Part shown: in pieces, positions 1 to 6,814 of the stretch
How positions within the stretch are numbered: the first letter of the stretch is position 1
Layout of the letters: the number at the start of each line of letters is the position of its first letter
Virus record (IMG/VR): IMGVR_UViG_2690316233_000003
DNA: 10,933 nucleotides
Strand: one strand, 5' to 3'
Source of the DNA: a virus
Lineage: Duplodnaviria > Heunggongvirae > Uroviricota > Caudoviricetes
Program-made: the position numbers and the translations under genes
Notes under the pieces: generated by a model
Seen by the model: the letters and a program-made list of their open reading frames with translations, nothing else
What the model was told of the DNA's origin: nothing
The model's database searches: none

Positions 1-179
1 TCCTCTCGTCGTCGTTTCTTCTCTGCTGCTTTTTCCGCTTTTTCGCGTTCTTTACTTCGTCGTTCGAGTGCTATCTTGGTTCCACACTCTGGAGAGCACC
101 ACCACTGATTAGCGAATGCAGGGTGAAACCATTCCCGACATTCATCGTTTTTACATCGTCTTCGCGCTGGTTTAGCCAT
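1..179 (-). CDS. ninG: NinG/Rap-like recombination protein, N-terminal 59 codons (gene runs off the window start)
   Basis: Minus-strand ATG at 179-177 preceded by GAGGAAG. Translation [59 protein letters not shown] matches my recollection of the lambda NinG N-terminus. The start overlaps the end of the upstream small ORF (ATGGCTAA). Confidence 0.75.
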
Positions 180-348
180 CGTCTTCTTCCTCGTACATTG
201 AGCTATTCGGATCGCTCATCAGCTCTGCGCAGCAGTGCTCACACACGTGAACTTCCAGCACATGCAGCTTCTGGCCGCAGTTAGCGCACGTTAAAGCTCG
301 CTCGACGCTTTCTTTCTGGTATTGAAGGGATTGGGATGGGCTAAGCAT
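172..348 (-). CDS. ninF: NinF-like small protein (58 aa) with CxxC...CxxCC motif
   Basis: Not in the ORF track (<60 aa). ATG 348-346 overlaps the stop of the upstream gene; stop 174-172 overlaps the ninG start. Translation [58 protein letters not shown]; size and position match lambda NinF as I recall it. Confidence 0.65.
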
Positions 349-724
349 TATTGGCGTCCTGCATCATGAGAAAGACAATCATGGCGGCACGGAGTGGATT
401 GTCATATGCGACACCAACATTCGGTCCGGCATCATCAAACAAGTCCCTTGCGTTGTCTGTAGCGCACGGCATTGAGGGATTGTCTAAAATTATGCTGATG
501 TTGTTTTCAGTGATAATCGGCCATGCGTCTGCTGGGTTTGCGCATGGGTTAAAGGATCCGCGCTCAACCTCTACTTCAACTGCGTCTCCGTTTACAATGT
601 CTCCCTCAAATGAGATAAACACCATCGCGCCATTCTCACCTTCTTTGTAATCCGGTGATCCGTTATGAATGGCTTCGAATACCGCCACGTTAATTTCAAA
701 ATCACTTAACTGTGAATAATCCAT
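341..724 (-). CDS. hypothetical protein (127 aa) sitting between ninE and ninF (the P22 ninX position)
   Basis: Track ORF 341-766 trimmed to the ATG at 724-722, which has GAGGAAG 7 nt upstream; the track start at 766 is a GTG with no RBS. Tightly packed with neighbours (ninE stop TGA 729-727). Acidic protein; no motif I recognise. Confidence 0.6.
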   Translation of the reverse strand: MDYSQLSDFEINVAVFEAIHNGSPDYKEGENGAMVFISFEGDIVNGDAVEVEVERGSFNPCANPADAWPIITENNISIILDNPSMPCATDNARDLFDDAGPNVGVAYDNPLRAAMIVFLMMQDANNA

Positions 725-726
725 TG

Positions 727-903
727 TCACTTCCTCGCACGATGTCTTAGCCACCGGATATCCCACAGGTGAGCCGTGTAGTTGAAGGTTTTTACGTCAG
801 ATTCTTTTGGGATTGGCTTGCGTTTATTTCTGGAGCGCTTCGTTGGAAGGTATTTGCAGTTTTCGCAGATGATGTCGGTGAAAATTCGTCGCTGTCGTCT
901 CAT
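727..903 (-). CDS. ninE: NinE-like small basic protein (58 aa)
   Basis: Not in the ORF track. ATG 903-901 overlaps the ninB stop (ATGA) and is preceded by GGAGG at spacing 5. Translation [58 protein letters not shown] resembles lambda NinE from memory. Confidence 0.65.
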   Translation of the reverse strand: MRRQRRIFTDIICENCKYLPTKRSRNKRKPIPKESDVKTFNYTAHLWDIRWLRHRARK

Positions 904-1310
904 TCGTACCTCCTGTCGGTAAATCTGACACCCTGACCAATAGCCCAGGCTGTTGTGTACTCGATCAGACTTGCCATACGCTTCACACTCATCTGCGCGC
1001 TACTTTCGCGAATGTTGACGTATTCGCCTTCAAGCCCGGGCAAAACATCAGCTTCCTGTTTTGTTGCCACTGCATGACCGCTGATCAACAAAACCTTCCA
1101 TTGTTCCGGTTTTAACCATTTTCCGCACCATTGAACCTGACGTGCGATATCCGCCAGCATCGCGTGAAATTTTGCGTTCTGGTCAAGGTTGCGCTTGTAG
1201 TCAGTAATGCGGATGGTAACTGGCTTGTCTTTATCGAGTGGTGTTGCGAGGATGGCGTTGATTGCGGCTTGCTGTTGTTGCTTACTTCGGAGGAAGATTG
1301 TTTGCTTCAT
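900..1310 (-). CDS. ninB: NinB (Orf-family recombination mediator)
   Basis: 136-aa ORF. The segment [44 protein letters not shown] parallels lambda NinB (...KPIVVTIQERNRSLDQNRKLWACLGDVSRQVEWHGRWLDAESWK...). Lies in the nin region downstream of the replication genes. Confidence 0.85.
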   Translation of the reverse strand: MKQTIFLRSKQQQQAAINAILATPLDKDKPVTIRITDYKRNLDQNAKFHAMLADIARQVQWCGKWLKPEQWKVLLISGHAVATKQEADVLPGLEGEYVNIRESSAQMSVKRMASLIEYTTAWAIGQGVRFTDRRYE

Positions 1311-1638
1311 CGAAATTCTTCTCTTTAATTCCAGCGGCTCTGATAGCTTTCATTACTGCAATTACCGTTTTGTCACGCCCATCCTCATAACCCATCGCAT
1401 AAGCACCTTCTTCACCATCTTTCCAAAAGTCGTCATTCGATTCTGGCCAGTCGATATCCAGTTCAATAGCTGCTCGCGATGCCTGCCATAAAGTCCACCA
1501 CTCATTTAAGGAGTGACGAATATCCATGCTTGAAAATGCGAAGTACCTATCACCATTTCTTGCCTCGGTTATCATCTCGAATGGTAATCTCAATTTTTTG
1601 GCAACGTATTCCTCAAACTGCTTTCTTGATTCGTCCAT
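1282..1638 (-). CDS. hypothetical protein (118 aa), nin-region
   Basis: Track ORF 1282-1662 trimmed to the ATG at 1638-1636 (track start is a GTG). The upstream gene stop (1642-1640) is 1 nt from this ATG; the 3' end overlaps the ninB start. Product not recognised. Confidence 0.55.
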   Translation of the reverse strand: MDESRKQFEEYVAKKLRLPFEMITEARNGDRYFAFSSMDIRHSLNEWWTLWQASRAAIELDIDWPESNDDFWKDGEEGAYAMGYEDGRDKTVIAVMKAIRAAGIKEKNFDEANNLPPK

Positions 1639-1639
1639 A

Positions 1640-1855
1640 TCAATCCCCGTTAGTCGTTTCACTCACGAATCTGACAAAACCAGCCATGTTAATTTGCATG
1701 AGTTTTTTCAACACCTTGTCTCGCCGGCTACGTTTTGGTTTTGGCCTGTGGTTGAATCTTTCACAAACTGGAAGGCTTGATGATTTCCAGTACCTATTAC
1801 GCCTTGCTCCATCTTCCGCCATATCGGCATGAATAAGGCCTGCGAGTGTGCTCAT
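1640..1855 (-). CDS. hypothetical small protein (71 aa), basic
   Basis: ATG at 1855-1853 with GGAGAGG about 5 nt upstream; the track start at 1861 is a GTG directly abutting the SD. Stop is tightly coupled to the next gene. Confidence 0.5.
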   Translation of the reverse strand: MSTLAGLIHADMAEDGARRNRYWKSSSLPVCERFNHRPKPKRSRRDKVLKKLMQINMAGFVRFVSETTNGD

Positions 1856-1869
1856 ATTCACCTCTCCAG

Positions 1870-2052
1870 TTACATTGGTTTTGTAATGTTGCTAGTCATC
1901 TTACGAATAAAAAAATGCGTACGTAGCTTTGCTTCCCACATGTAAATCTCCTCAAGGCGAGATAAATCTACAAATACCGGACCTTTGTAATCTGGTCTTG
2001 ATGCCCTTATGTATGTGCTAATAGTTTGTGCATCTTGCTCGTCAAGATTCAT
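1870..2052 (-). CDS. hypothetical small protein (60 aa)
   Basis: ATG 2052-2050 with GAGGGA 4 nt upstream; overlaps the preceding gene by 11 nt, as expected for an operon. Confidence 0.5.
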   Translation of the reverse strand: MNLDEQDAQTISTYIRASRPDYKGPVFVDLSRLEEIYMWEAKLRTHFFIRKMTSNITKPM

Positions 2053-2245
2053 GACTTCCCTCTCTAACAGATTTCAGGTTATTCCACTCCGTTACCGCAC
2101 TGCGATAATTCGCGGCCGCCACAGCGGCGTGGTTAGCGCAGTAGATTTGGCACCCGTTCTCCATGTCGAATATTGTCGGTGATTTTCCACATTTACATTT
2201 TTTGGCACGCGGTGCGTCTGAACACATTCCGTTAACGGTGTCCAT
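2042..2245 (-). CDS. hypothetical Cys-rich small protein (67 aa), possible zinc-binding
   Basis: ATG 2245-2243 with GAGGGGGA upstream. Cys pattern CKCG...C...YC. First gene after the post-helicase terminator. Confidence 0.5.
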   Translation of the reverse strand: MDTVNGMCSDAPRAKKCKCGKSPTIFDMENGCQIYCANHAAVAAANYRSAVTEWNNLKSVREGSHES

Positions 2246-2269
2246 TAGGATCCCCCTCGTTCTTAATCC

Positions 2270-2301
2270 AATAAAAAAGGGCTACTGTGTAAATAGCCCC
2301 T
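2270..2301 (-). terminator. intrinsic terminator downstream of the helicase gene (tR2-like position)
   Basis: On the minus strand: GGGGCTA-tttacacag-TAGCCC stem-loop (plus coordinates 2279-2300) followed by a TTTTTTATT run (plus-strand A run 2272-2278). Confidence 0.5.
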
Positions 2302-2326
2302 GTTATTAGCTCAGTGATGTAGATGG

Positions 2327-3703
2327 TCATACGTCCGCCCCTTGTGCATATCGTCTGCCACGCGCAGCAGGTGCATTTGATGCTGTGCAAATCTGTCTGG
2401 CTTCATCCTGGTCACATGCAACAAAGTGTCCGTTACAGAACCGCTGGTAAACCGTACCAAGTGAGCCAAAACGGTTTTTCGTCACGATGATTTCAGCAAA
2501 TGGCGCGGCGCTACTGTTCTCGTCATATACCGCTTCCCGATAGAGCATGATGATTGAGTCTGCGTCCTGCTCAATGCTTCCTGAATCACGCAAATCTGCG
2601 TTTGTCGGGCGTTTGTTTGGTCGCTTCTCAACATCGCGCGAAAGCTGACTCAGGGAGATAACAGGCGTTTTCAGGTCTTTCGCCATCGCCTTCAGGCTTC
2701 CGGAGATGTGAGCAATTGCAAGGTCGTTGCGGTCTGCTTTCGGCTTCTCAATCAGGCCAAGATAATCCGCCATGATGAGTGACAGGTTTGGATTTTCCTG
2801 TTTGTGCCGTTCTGCGATTGAGCGTATTTCTTCGACCGATAACCGCGAGGCATCGACTACCCATACATCCAAATCCGCAAGCTGACTCATGCCGTTAGCA
2901 ACACGTGCCCAGCCCTCATCATCCATCGATGCAGGATTTCGCAGCACGCTAACCGACATCCTCCCGGCGTTGGCAATGCTTCGCTCTGCAATCTGCAATG
3001 CGCTCATTTCCATCGAGAAAATCAACACTCCGCGCCTGACGTCAGAACCAGGAATAACGCGGCTTGCAACGCCTTCGGCAATCTTCAGCGCCAGTTCGGT
3101 TTTCCCCATACCAGGACGAGCAGCGATTATCACAAGGTCTTCTGCGTTCATCCCTCCGGTGATGGCATCAAGTTCTTCGATTCCGGTCTTCAGGGTATCT
3201 GACTCTTCTCCGTTCCTCAGACGCCTGTCAAGCGTGTCAGTGTAGTCAGTAATGATTTCCCCTAACCGTACCGGTTTAACCTCGTCACGGGGCTTTCTGA
3301 TGGCTGAGAGACGCTTTACAAGCTCATCCATCGCCTGACTCGATGCGTCGATGGTTCCGCTCTGAATTGGTTCACGCATTTCATCCATGATTTCCAGAAC
3401 CAGACGGCGGTGATAGTTATCCGCGACCATTCCGGCATATCCCTTCAGGTTTGCGGCACTCGGGCAGTTTTTGCTGGTCATCAGGATTGACGTGAAATGC
3501 TCCTCTCCGCACGCCTCGGCAACCATCAGCGCGTCGATTAGGTTTCTGTTTCTCGCCTGCTTACGGATAACTTCGAAGGCTTTCCTGTAGAGCGGAATTG
3601 AAAACGCTTCCGGCTCAAGCGTTGCCAGAACGTCACTGGCGGTTGGAGTTAATCCACCAATCAGCAGGCCACCGATAACACTCGCTTCGATATCCTGTCT
3701 CAT
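2327..3703 (-). CDS. replicative DNA helicase, DnaB family (phage-encoded, P22 gene 12-type)
   Basis: 458-aa ORF with a Walker A P-loop ([15 protein letters not shown]) and DnaB-like N-terminal region. Its ATG (3703-3701) overlaps the stop of the O-like gene (ATGA). Confidence 0.9.
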   Translation of the reverse strand: MRQDIEASVIGGLLIGGLTPTASDVLATLEPEAFSIPLYRKAFEVIRKQARNRNLIDALMVAEACGEEHFTSILMTSKNCPSAANLKGYAGMVADNYHRRLVLEIMDEMREPIQSGTIDASSQAMDELVKRLSAIRKPRDEVKPVRLGEIITDYTDTLDRRLRNGEESDTLKTGIEELDAITGGMNAEDLVIIAARPGMGKTELALKIAEGVASRVIPGSDVRRGVLIFSMEMSALQIAERSIANAGRMSVSVLRNPASMDDEGWARVANGMSQLADLDVWVVDASRLSVEEIRSIAERHKQENPNLSLIMADYLGLIEKPKADRNDLAIAHISGSLKAMAKDLKTPVISLSQLSRDVEKRPNKRPTNADLRDSGSIEQDADSIIMLYREAVYDENSSAAPFAEIIVTKNRFGSLGTVYQRFCNGHFVACDQDEARQICTASNAPAARGRRYAQGADV

Positions 3704-4647
3704 GCAATCCCCCTGTCTGCAAACTTCCCTTCCCGAACTCCCGTTAACGAATCTTCTCTCAGCAAGTAATCAAAATCAGCCGTCCAGCCAGTGTCGTTGT
3801 CTCCGAAGTAAAACGGCTTGGCCTGATGCACAAACGCCCTGACATACGCTCTGAAACCGTCCACGTTTGGCGTTTTCAGTTGCGGGATGATTTTCTTCAG
3901 GCGGCGTTTGCGTTTCTCGTTGACCGCAACAGCGTGTGGCAGTCTGTCACCGACTTCGGTGTTGTAGGCGTTCAGGAAGGATTCGTAGTCGATTCGTTCT
4001 GCCTTGCGACGTTCAGGTTTAACCTGCTCATCGCCTCCCCCATTGGGGGGTAGGGGGGTATTATTTATATTCTTGTTAATACCTTCTTGTTCATGATGTG
4101 CGGTTGTTTGTGCGGCTTCATGTGCGCTTTCATGTGCGGCATGTACGCTGAAAGCCGCGCCATTACTGGCTTCATCATGTGCGGCATCATGTGCGGTTGT
4201 TTGTGCGGCTTCATGTGCGGGTGAATTGTCCATTTTTTGAGCATATTCATGGTAATTTGTGATGGTGATCACACGACCTTTTTGCTTCTCTCCATCAATG
4301 GTGATCATCCCCTCTTTCACAAAAACCTGAAGCATCCGCTCAACCTGATCACGGCTTGCTGGCTTGCCATGTCTGTCGCATAACTGAAGACCTAAATCAG
4401 CTGCTGTCACAACCAGTTGACCGGGTTGCAGATGCCATTCATGACCTTTGAAGTTCGCTTTGTATGGCTTTCTGGCGGCATTCAGGAGAAGGTTTTCCCA
4501 CAGGGTGCGAAGATAAACATCTTTCGCCCATGACTGTTTCAGAATGCTCCGGTACAACGGAATGTAACCAGTTTTCTGGTTCTCCATCCTGTTGCTCCTG
4601 CGCTCGTGTGCGGCGCTGAAATCGTAGATTTTTGCTGTATTGCTCAT
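3700..4647 (-). CDS. replication initiator, lambda O-like N-terminus; origin iterons lie inside the gene
   Basis: 315-aa ORF. N-terminus [10 protein letters not shown] resembles lambda O (MTNTAKILNF). A central low-complexity repeat (HEAAQTTAH / HDAAHDEA) is encoded by the DNA iterons. Directly followed by the helicase gene. An alternative internal start at Met21 (4587) has a better SD (AGGAG). Confidence 0.85.
   Translation of the reverse strand: MSNTAKIYDFSAAHERRSNRMENQKTGYIPLYRSILKQSWAKDVYLRTLWENLLLNAARKPYKANFKGHEWHLQPGQLVVTAADLGLQLCDRHGKPASRDQVERMLQVFVKEGMITIDGEKQKGRVITITNYHEYAQKMDNSPAHEAAQTTAHDAAHDEASNGAAFSVHAAHESAHEAAQTTAHHEQEGINKNINNTPLPPNGGGDEQVKPERRKAERIDYESFLNAYNTEVGDRLPHAVAVNEKRKRRLKKIIPQLKTPNVDGFRAYVRAFVHQAKPFYFGDNDTGWTADFDYLLREDSLTGVREGKFADRGIA
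4036..4225. repeat. ori-like iteron array: two clusters of four 12-bp-spaced TGTGCGG cores, an AT-rich tract and a G/C near-palindrome
   Basis: TGTGCGG (or a one-base variant) starts at 4097, 4109, 4121, 4133 and at 4178, 4190, 4202, 4214. A block of about 31 bp is duplicated (about 4096-4127 and 4188-4219). AT-rich segment about 4058-4090; CCCCCATTGGGGGGTAGGGGGG at about 4036-4060. This architecture parallels the lambda origin inside O. Confidence 0.7.
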
Positions 4648-4649
4648 AA

Positions 4650-4922
4650 CTACCTGCCTTGACGAAAGACCTTAAGAACATCGTTAAACTGACTTACGGA
4701 TATGTCTTCTTTGAGCAGCTTTTCCAGAAATGCGTTTGGAATGAACGTATATCCCTCCTCTTTTGGTAGAGACGGGAGCAACGCCCTCGCCTCAGCCTTC
4801 AGAAGCTCAGTTCTGGCAACTTTCACAAAAGAGATTTGAGTTCTTTCATCAATGGAACGAAGGAAGCGCAAACGCTTAGCTTCTTTGTGTGTATCAGGTG
4901 GATTAAAGCCTTTGTTTCGCAT
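4650..4922 (-). CDS. hypothetical basic protein (90 aa) between cII and the O-like gene
   Basis: ATG 4922-4920 with GAGGT upstream; stop 3 nt before the O-like ATG. The 194-aa track ORF 4650-5234 is this gene plus a spurious read-through in a cII-overlapping frame. Translation MRNKGFNPPDTHKEAKRLRFLRSIDERTQISFVKVARTELLKAEARALLPSLPKEEGYTFIPNAFLEKLLKEDISVSQFNDVLKVFRQGR. Confidence 0.6.
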   Translation of the reverse strand: MRNKGFNPPDTHKEAKRLRFLRSIDERTQISFVKVARTELLKAEARALLPSLPKEEGYTFIPNAFLEKLLKEDISVSQFNDVLKVFRQGR

Positions 4923-4944
4923 ATAATTACCTCGTTGGATGTTG

Positions 4945-5241
4945 TTAAAATTCCATTTGTATTTGATCAGAACGCTCGGTCTTGCACACCGGGCGTTTTT
5001 TATTGGTGAGAATCGAAGCAACTTGTCGTGCCAATCGAGCCATGTCGTCGTCGACGACACCCCATTCAAGAACAGCAAGCAGCATTGAGAACTTTGGAAT
5101 CCAGTCCCTCTTCCACCTGCTGATCTGCGACTTATCAACTCCCACAGCTTCCGCTGTCTTCTCAGTTCCAAGCATTGCGATTTTGTTAAGCAACGCACTC
5201 TCGATTCGTAGAGCCTCGTTGCGTTTGTTTGCACGAACCAT
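4945..5241 (-). CDS. cII: transcriptional activator CII (lambda-type)
   Basis: Translation MVRANKRNEALRIESALLNKIAMLGTEKTAEAVGVDKSQISRWKRDWIPKFSMLLAVLEWGVVDDDMARLARQVASILTNKKRPVCKTERSDQIQMEF is near-identical to lambda CII as I recall it. The track ORF starts further upstream; the true start is the ATG at 5241-5239. Confidence 0.95.
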   Translation of the reverse strand: MVRANKRNEALRIESALLNKIAMLGTEKTAEAVGVDKSQISRWKRDWIPKFSMLLAVLEWGVVDDDMARLARQVASILTNKKRPVCKTERSDQIQMEF

Positions 5242-5258
5242 ATGTAAGTATTTCCTTA
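5219..5258 (+). promoter_or_regulatory. pRE-like CII-activated promoter (TTGC-N6-TTGC CII sites overlapping the cII 5' end, antisense to cro)
   Basis: TTGCGTTTGTTTGC at 5219-5232 on the plus strand, followed by TAAGTAT at about 5245-5251. This is the classic lambda pRE arrangement, oriented toward cI. Confidence 0.6.
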
Positions 5259-5320
5259 GATAACAATTGATTGAATGCATGCAAATAAATGCATACACCA
5301 TAGGTGTGGTTTAATTTGAT

Positions 5321-5352
5321 GCCCTTTTTCAGGGCTGGGATGTGTAAGAGCG
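5321..5352 (-). promoter_or_regulatory. nutR (boxA + boxB) N-utilisation site
   Basis: On the minus strand: boxA CGCTCTTAC (plus coordinates 5344-5352) and boxB hairpin GCCCTGAAAAAGGGC (5321-5335), immediately downstream of the cro stop. Confidence 0.8.
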
Positions 5353-5360
5353 GGAATGTC

Positions 5361-5576
5361 TTAAGCGGCTTTGTGTTCCGGCGGGAACACGTCATCAAGA
5401 CTGACTTTTGCGCCTAACTTGTTTAGGCATGCAACAAGAGCGCGGCATGTTTTAAGGTCTGGGAAGCGACGACCAGATTCCCAATGCCCAATAGCTCCCT
5501 GTGTGCATCCAACTGCCTTAGCAAGTGTTGTTTGAGAGATATTCAGTGACTCTCGATATTTTCGTAGGTTGCTCAT
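5361..5576 (-). CDS. cro: Cro-like repressor (HTH_XRE), non-lambda immunity type
   Basis: 71 aa from the ATG at 5576-5574 with GGAGGG upstream. HTH ISQTTLAKAVGCTQGAIGHWESG. First gene of the rightward operon, divergent from cI. The track ORF 5361-5816 over-extends upstream. Confidence 0.85.
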   Translation of the reverse strand: MSNLRKYRESLNISQTTLAKAVGCTQGAIGHWESGRRFPDLKTCRALVACLNKLGAKVSLDDVFPPEHKAA

Positions 5577-5596
5577 ATGCCCTCCATAGTAACCAT

Positions 5597-5687
5597 GAGA
5601 CAATAATACGATATGTACTTTTGGAATGCAAACAAAAAATACATCTTGTGCATGGATGGTTTTAGTACAGAGCGTAATAATAAGGAT
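5597..5687. promoter_or_regulatory. OR region: divergent pR (toward cro) and pRM (toward cI) with operator half-sites AGTAC...GTA(C/A)T
   Basis: Minus-strand pR: -35 TTGCAT (plus 5626-5631), 17-bp spacer, -10 TATTAT (plus 5603-5608). Operator-like 15-mers at 5605-5619 (revcomp AGTACATATCGTATT) and 5664-5678 (AGTACAGAGCGTAAT), related to the OL site AGTACAAATCGTACT. A possible weaker third site lies near 5636-5650. The pRM position was not resolved. Confidence 0.55.
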
Positions 5688-6347
5688 ATGAAAATGAAAT
5701 GGTATGAACTGGCTAGATCCAGAATGAAAGATCTCGGCATAACTCAAGAGAAGTTGGCTGAAGAGCTTGGTATGACGCAGGGTGGAATTGGTCACTGGTT
5801 GCGCGGATCTCGTCATCCATCTCTTGACGAGATTGGTGTGGTGTTTAAATACCTTGGTATTGATAGCGTCTCATTCAACCACGACGGTACATTTTCACCT
5901 GTTGGCGAATACTCATCTATCCCCGTTAAAAAACAATATGAGTACCCTGTTTTTTCTCATGTTCAGGCCGGGATGTTCTCGCCTGAGCTTAGAACCTTTA
6001 CCAAAGGTGATGCGGAGAGATGGGTCAGTACAACCAAAAAAGCCAGTGATTGTGCGTTCTGGCTTGAAGTTGAAGGTAATTCCATGACCGCACCAACAGG
6101 ATCCAAGCCAAGCTTTCCTGACGGGATGTTAATTCTCGTTGACCCTGATCAGGCTGTTGAGCCAGGTGATTTCTGCATAGCCAGACTTGGTGGTGACGAG
6201 TTTACCTTCAAGAAACTGATCAGGGATAGCGGTCAGGTGTTCCTACAACCACTAAACCCGCAATATCCAATGATCCCATGCAATGATAGCTGTTCCGTTG
6301 TAGGGAAAGTTATCGCCAGCCAGTGGCCTGAAGAGACATTTAGTTAA
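5688..6347 (+). CDS. cI: CI-type prophage repressor (HTH N-terminal domain + LexA/S24 self-cleaving C-terminal domain)
   Basis: The C-terminal two-thirds ([38 protein letters not shown]...GNSMTAP...[26 protein letters not shown]...) is near-identical to lambda CI, including the Ala-Gly cleavage site and the Ser/Lys dyad. The N-terminal HTH domain differs from lambda ([23 protein letters not shown]). The start could be 5688 or 5694 (leaderless or weak SD); the track start 5613 is rejected. Confidence 0.9.
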   Translation: MKMKWYELARSRMKDLGITQEKLAEELGMTQGGIGHWLRGSRHPSLDEIGVVFKYLGIDSVSFNHDGTFSPVGEYSSIPVKKQYEYPVFSHVQAGMFSPELRTFTKGDAERWVSTTKKASDCAFWLEVEGNSMTAPTGSKPSFPDGMLILVDPDQAVEPGDFCIARLGGDEFTFKKLIRDSGQVFLQPLNPQYPMIPCNDSCSVVGKVIASQWPEETFS

Positions 6348-6377
6348 CAGCCTCACCACTCTAAAGCACACAACAAT

Positions 6378-6407
6378 AACCCGACCTTAGTGTCGGGTTT
6401 TCTTTTT
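6378..6407 (+). terminator. intrinsic terminator downstream of cI
   Basis: AACCCGAC-cttagt-GTCGGGTT stem-loop followed by TTTTCTTTTT. Confidence 0.6.
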
Positions 6408-6459
6408 CCAAAATATAAACCCATTAAATACAAAGCGTTATAAAAAACCAATTATATTT

Positions 6460-6501
6460 AGAACATTTTGTATTGACTCAATAAAGTACAAATCGTACTA
6501 T
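6460..6501 (+). promoter_or_regulatory. pL-like promoter with OL operators
   Basis: -35 TTGACT (6473-6478), 17-bp spacer, -10 TACTAT (6496-6501). Palindromic operator AGTACAAATCGTACT (6485-6499) lies in the spacer and -10; a second related site at 6460-6474 overlaps the -35. Located upstream of nutL and N. Confidence 0.55.
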
Positions 6502-6541
6502 TTAGCCATCAGCAGGACGCACTAACCACCATGAAGGTGAT

Positions 6542-6571
6542 GCTCTTAAAAATTAAGCCCTGAAGAAGGGC
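6542..6571 (+). promoter_or_regulatory. nutL (boxA + boxB)
   Basis: boxA-like GCTCTTAAA at 6542-6550 and boxB hairpin GCCCTGAAGAAGGGC at 6557-6571, matching lambda nutL as I recall it. Confidence 0.85.
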
Positions 6572-6681
6572 AGCATTCAAAGCAGAAGGCTTTGAGTAGC
6601 GCGAAATGCAGCTGCAAGACAGCAACCGTGGAGATAAGCATCACGGCGCGTTACTCAAAGCTAACTGACAGGAGAATGACC

Positions 6682-6813
6682 ATGAATAACGAAGCGCTTA
6701 AAGAAATGATTGCGAAACTCCTTGAGGACGCACGCCGAATTCAAGAAGTGGAGCCAAACGCAGGGACACAATCACGTATTGATGAAGCGATGAAGTTGCT
6801 CAAAGGAGAATAA
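6682..6813 (+). CDS. small ORF (43 aa; 45 aa if started at 6676) in the N leader, abutting the N start
   Basis: ACAGGAGAAT SD at about 6669-6675 followed by in-frame ATGs at 6676 and 6682. Translation MNNEALKEMIAKLLEDARRIQEVEPNAGTQSRIDEAMKLLKGE. Stop TAA 6811-6813 is 1 nt before the N ATG. The longer track ORF 6592-6813 has no SD at its start. Confidence 0.45.
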   Translation: MNNEALKEMIAKLLEDARRIQEVEPNAGTQSRIDEAMKLLKGE

Positions 6814-6814
6814 A

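Noticed and set aside
351-650. 99-aa plus-strand ORF
   Set aside because: Antisense to the better-supported minus-strand 127-aa gene; no SD and low-complexity composition.
1131-1832. Several plus-strand track ORFs (65, 94, 117 and 84 aa) across the nin region
   Set aside because: All are antisense to tightly coupled minus-strand genes with SDs and lack their own initiation signals.
2889-3245. 118-aa plus-strand ORF inside the helicase gene
   Set aside because: Antisense to the DnaB-family helicase with its conserved Walker A motif; Ser/Ala/Pro-rich antisense artefact.
4036-4225. Iteron array considered as a CRISPR array
   Set aside because: Repeats are about 7-9 bp at 12-bp spacing with no unique spacers, sit inside a coding gene, and match origin iteron architecture.
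4065-4250. Minus-strand 61-aa ORF with repetitive His/Met/Pro/Lys sequence ([15 protein letters not shown]...)
   Set aside because: It is an alternative frame across the origin iterons inside the O-like gene. The repetitiveness comes from the DNA repeats, and the real reading frame is the 315-aa initiator.
4650-5234. 194-aa minus-strand track ORF spanning the cII region
   Set aside because: Its upstream half is an out-of-frame overlap of the well-supported cII gene. Only the C-terminal 90 codons (from the ATG at 4922, with its own SD) are called.
5361-5816. 151-aa version of the cro ORF and the 5613 start for cI
   Set aside because: Both extensions run through the divergent operator/promoter region and lack ribosome-binding sites. 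The SD-supported starts at 5576 (cro) and 5688/5694 (cI) give proteins of the expected size.
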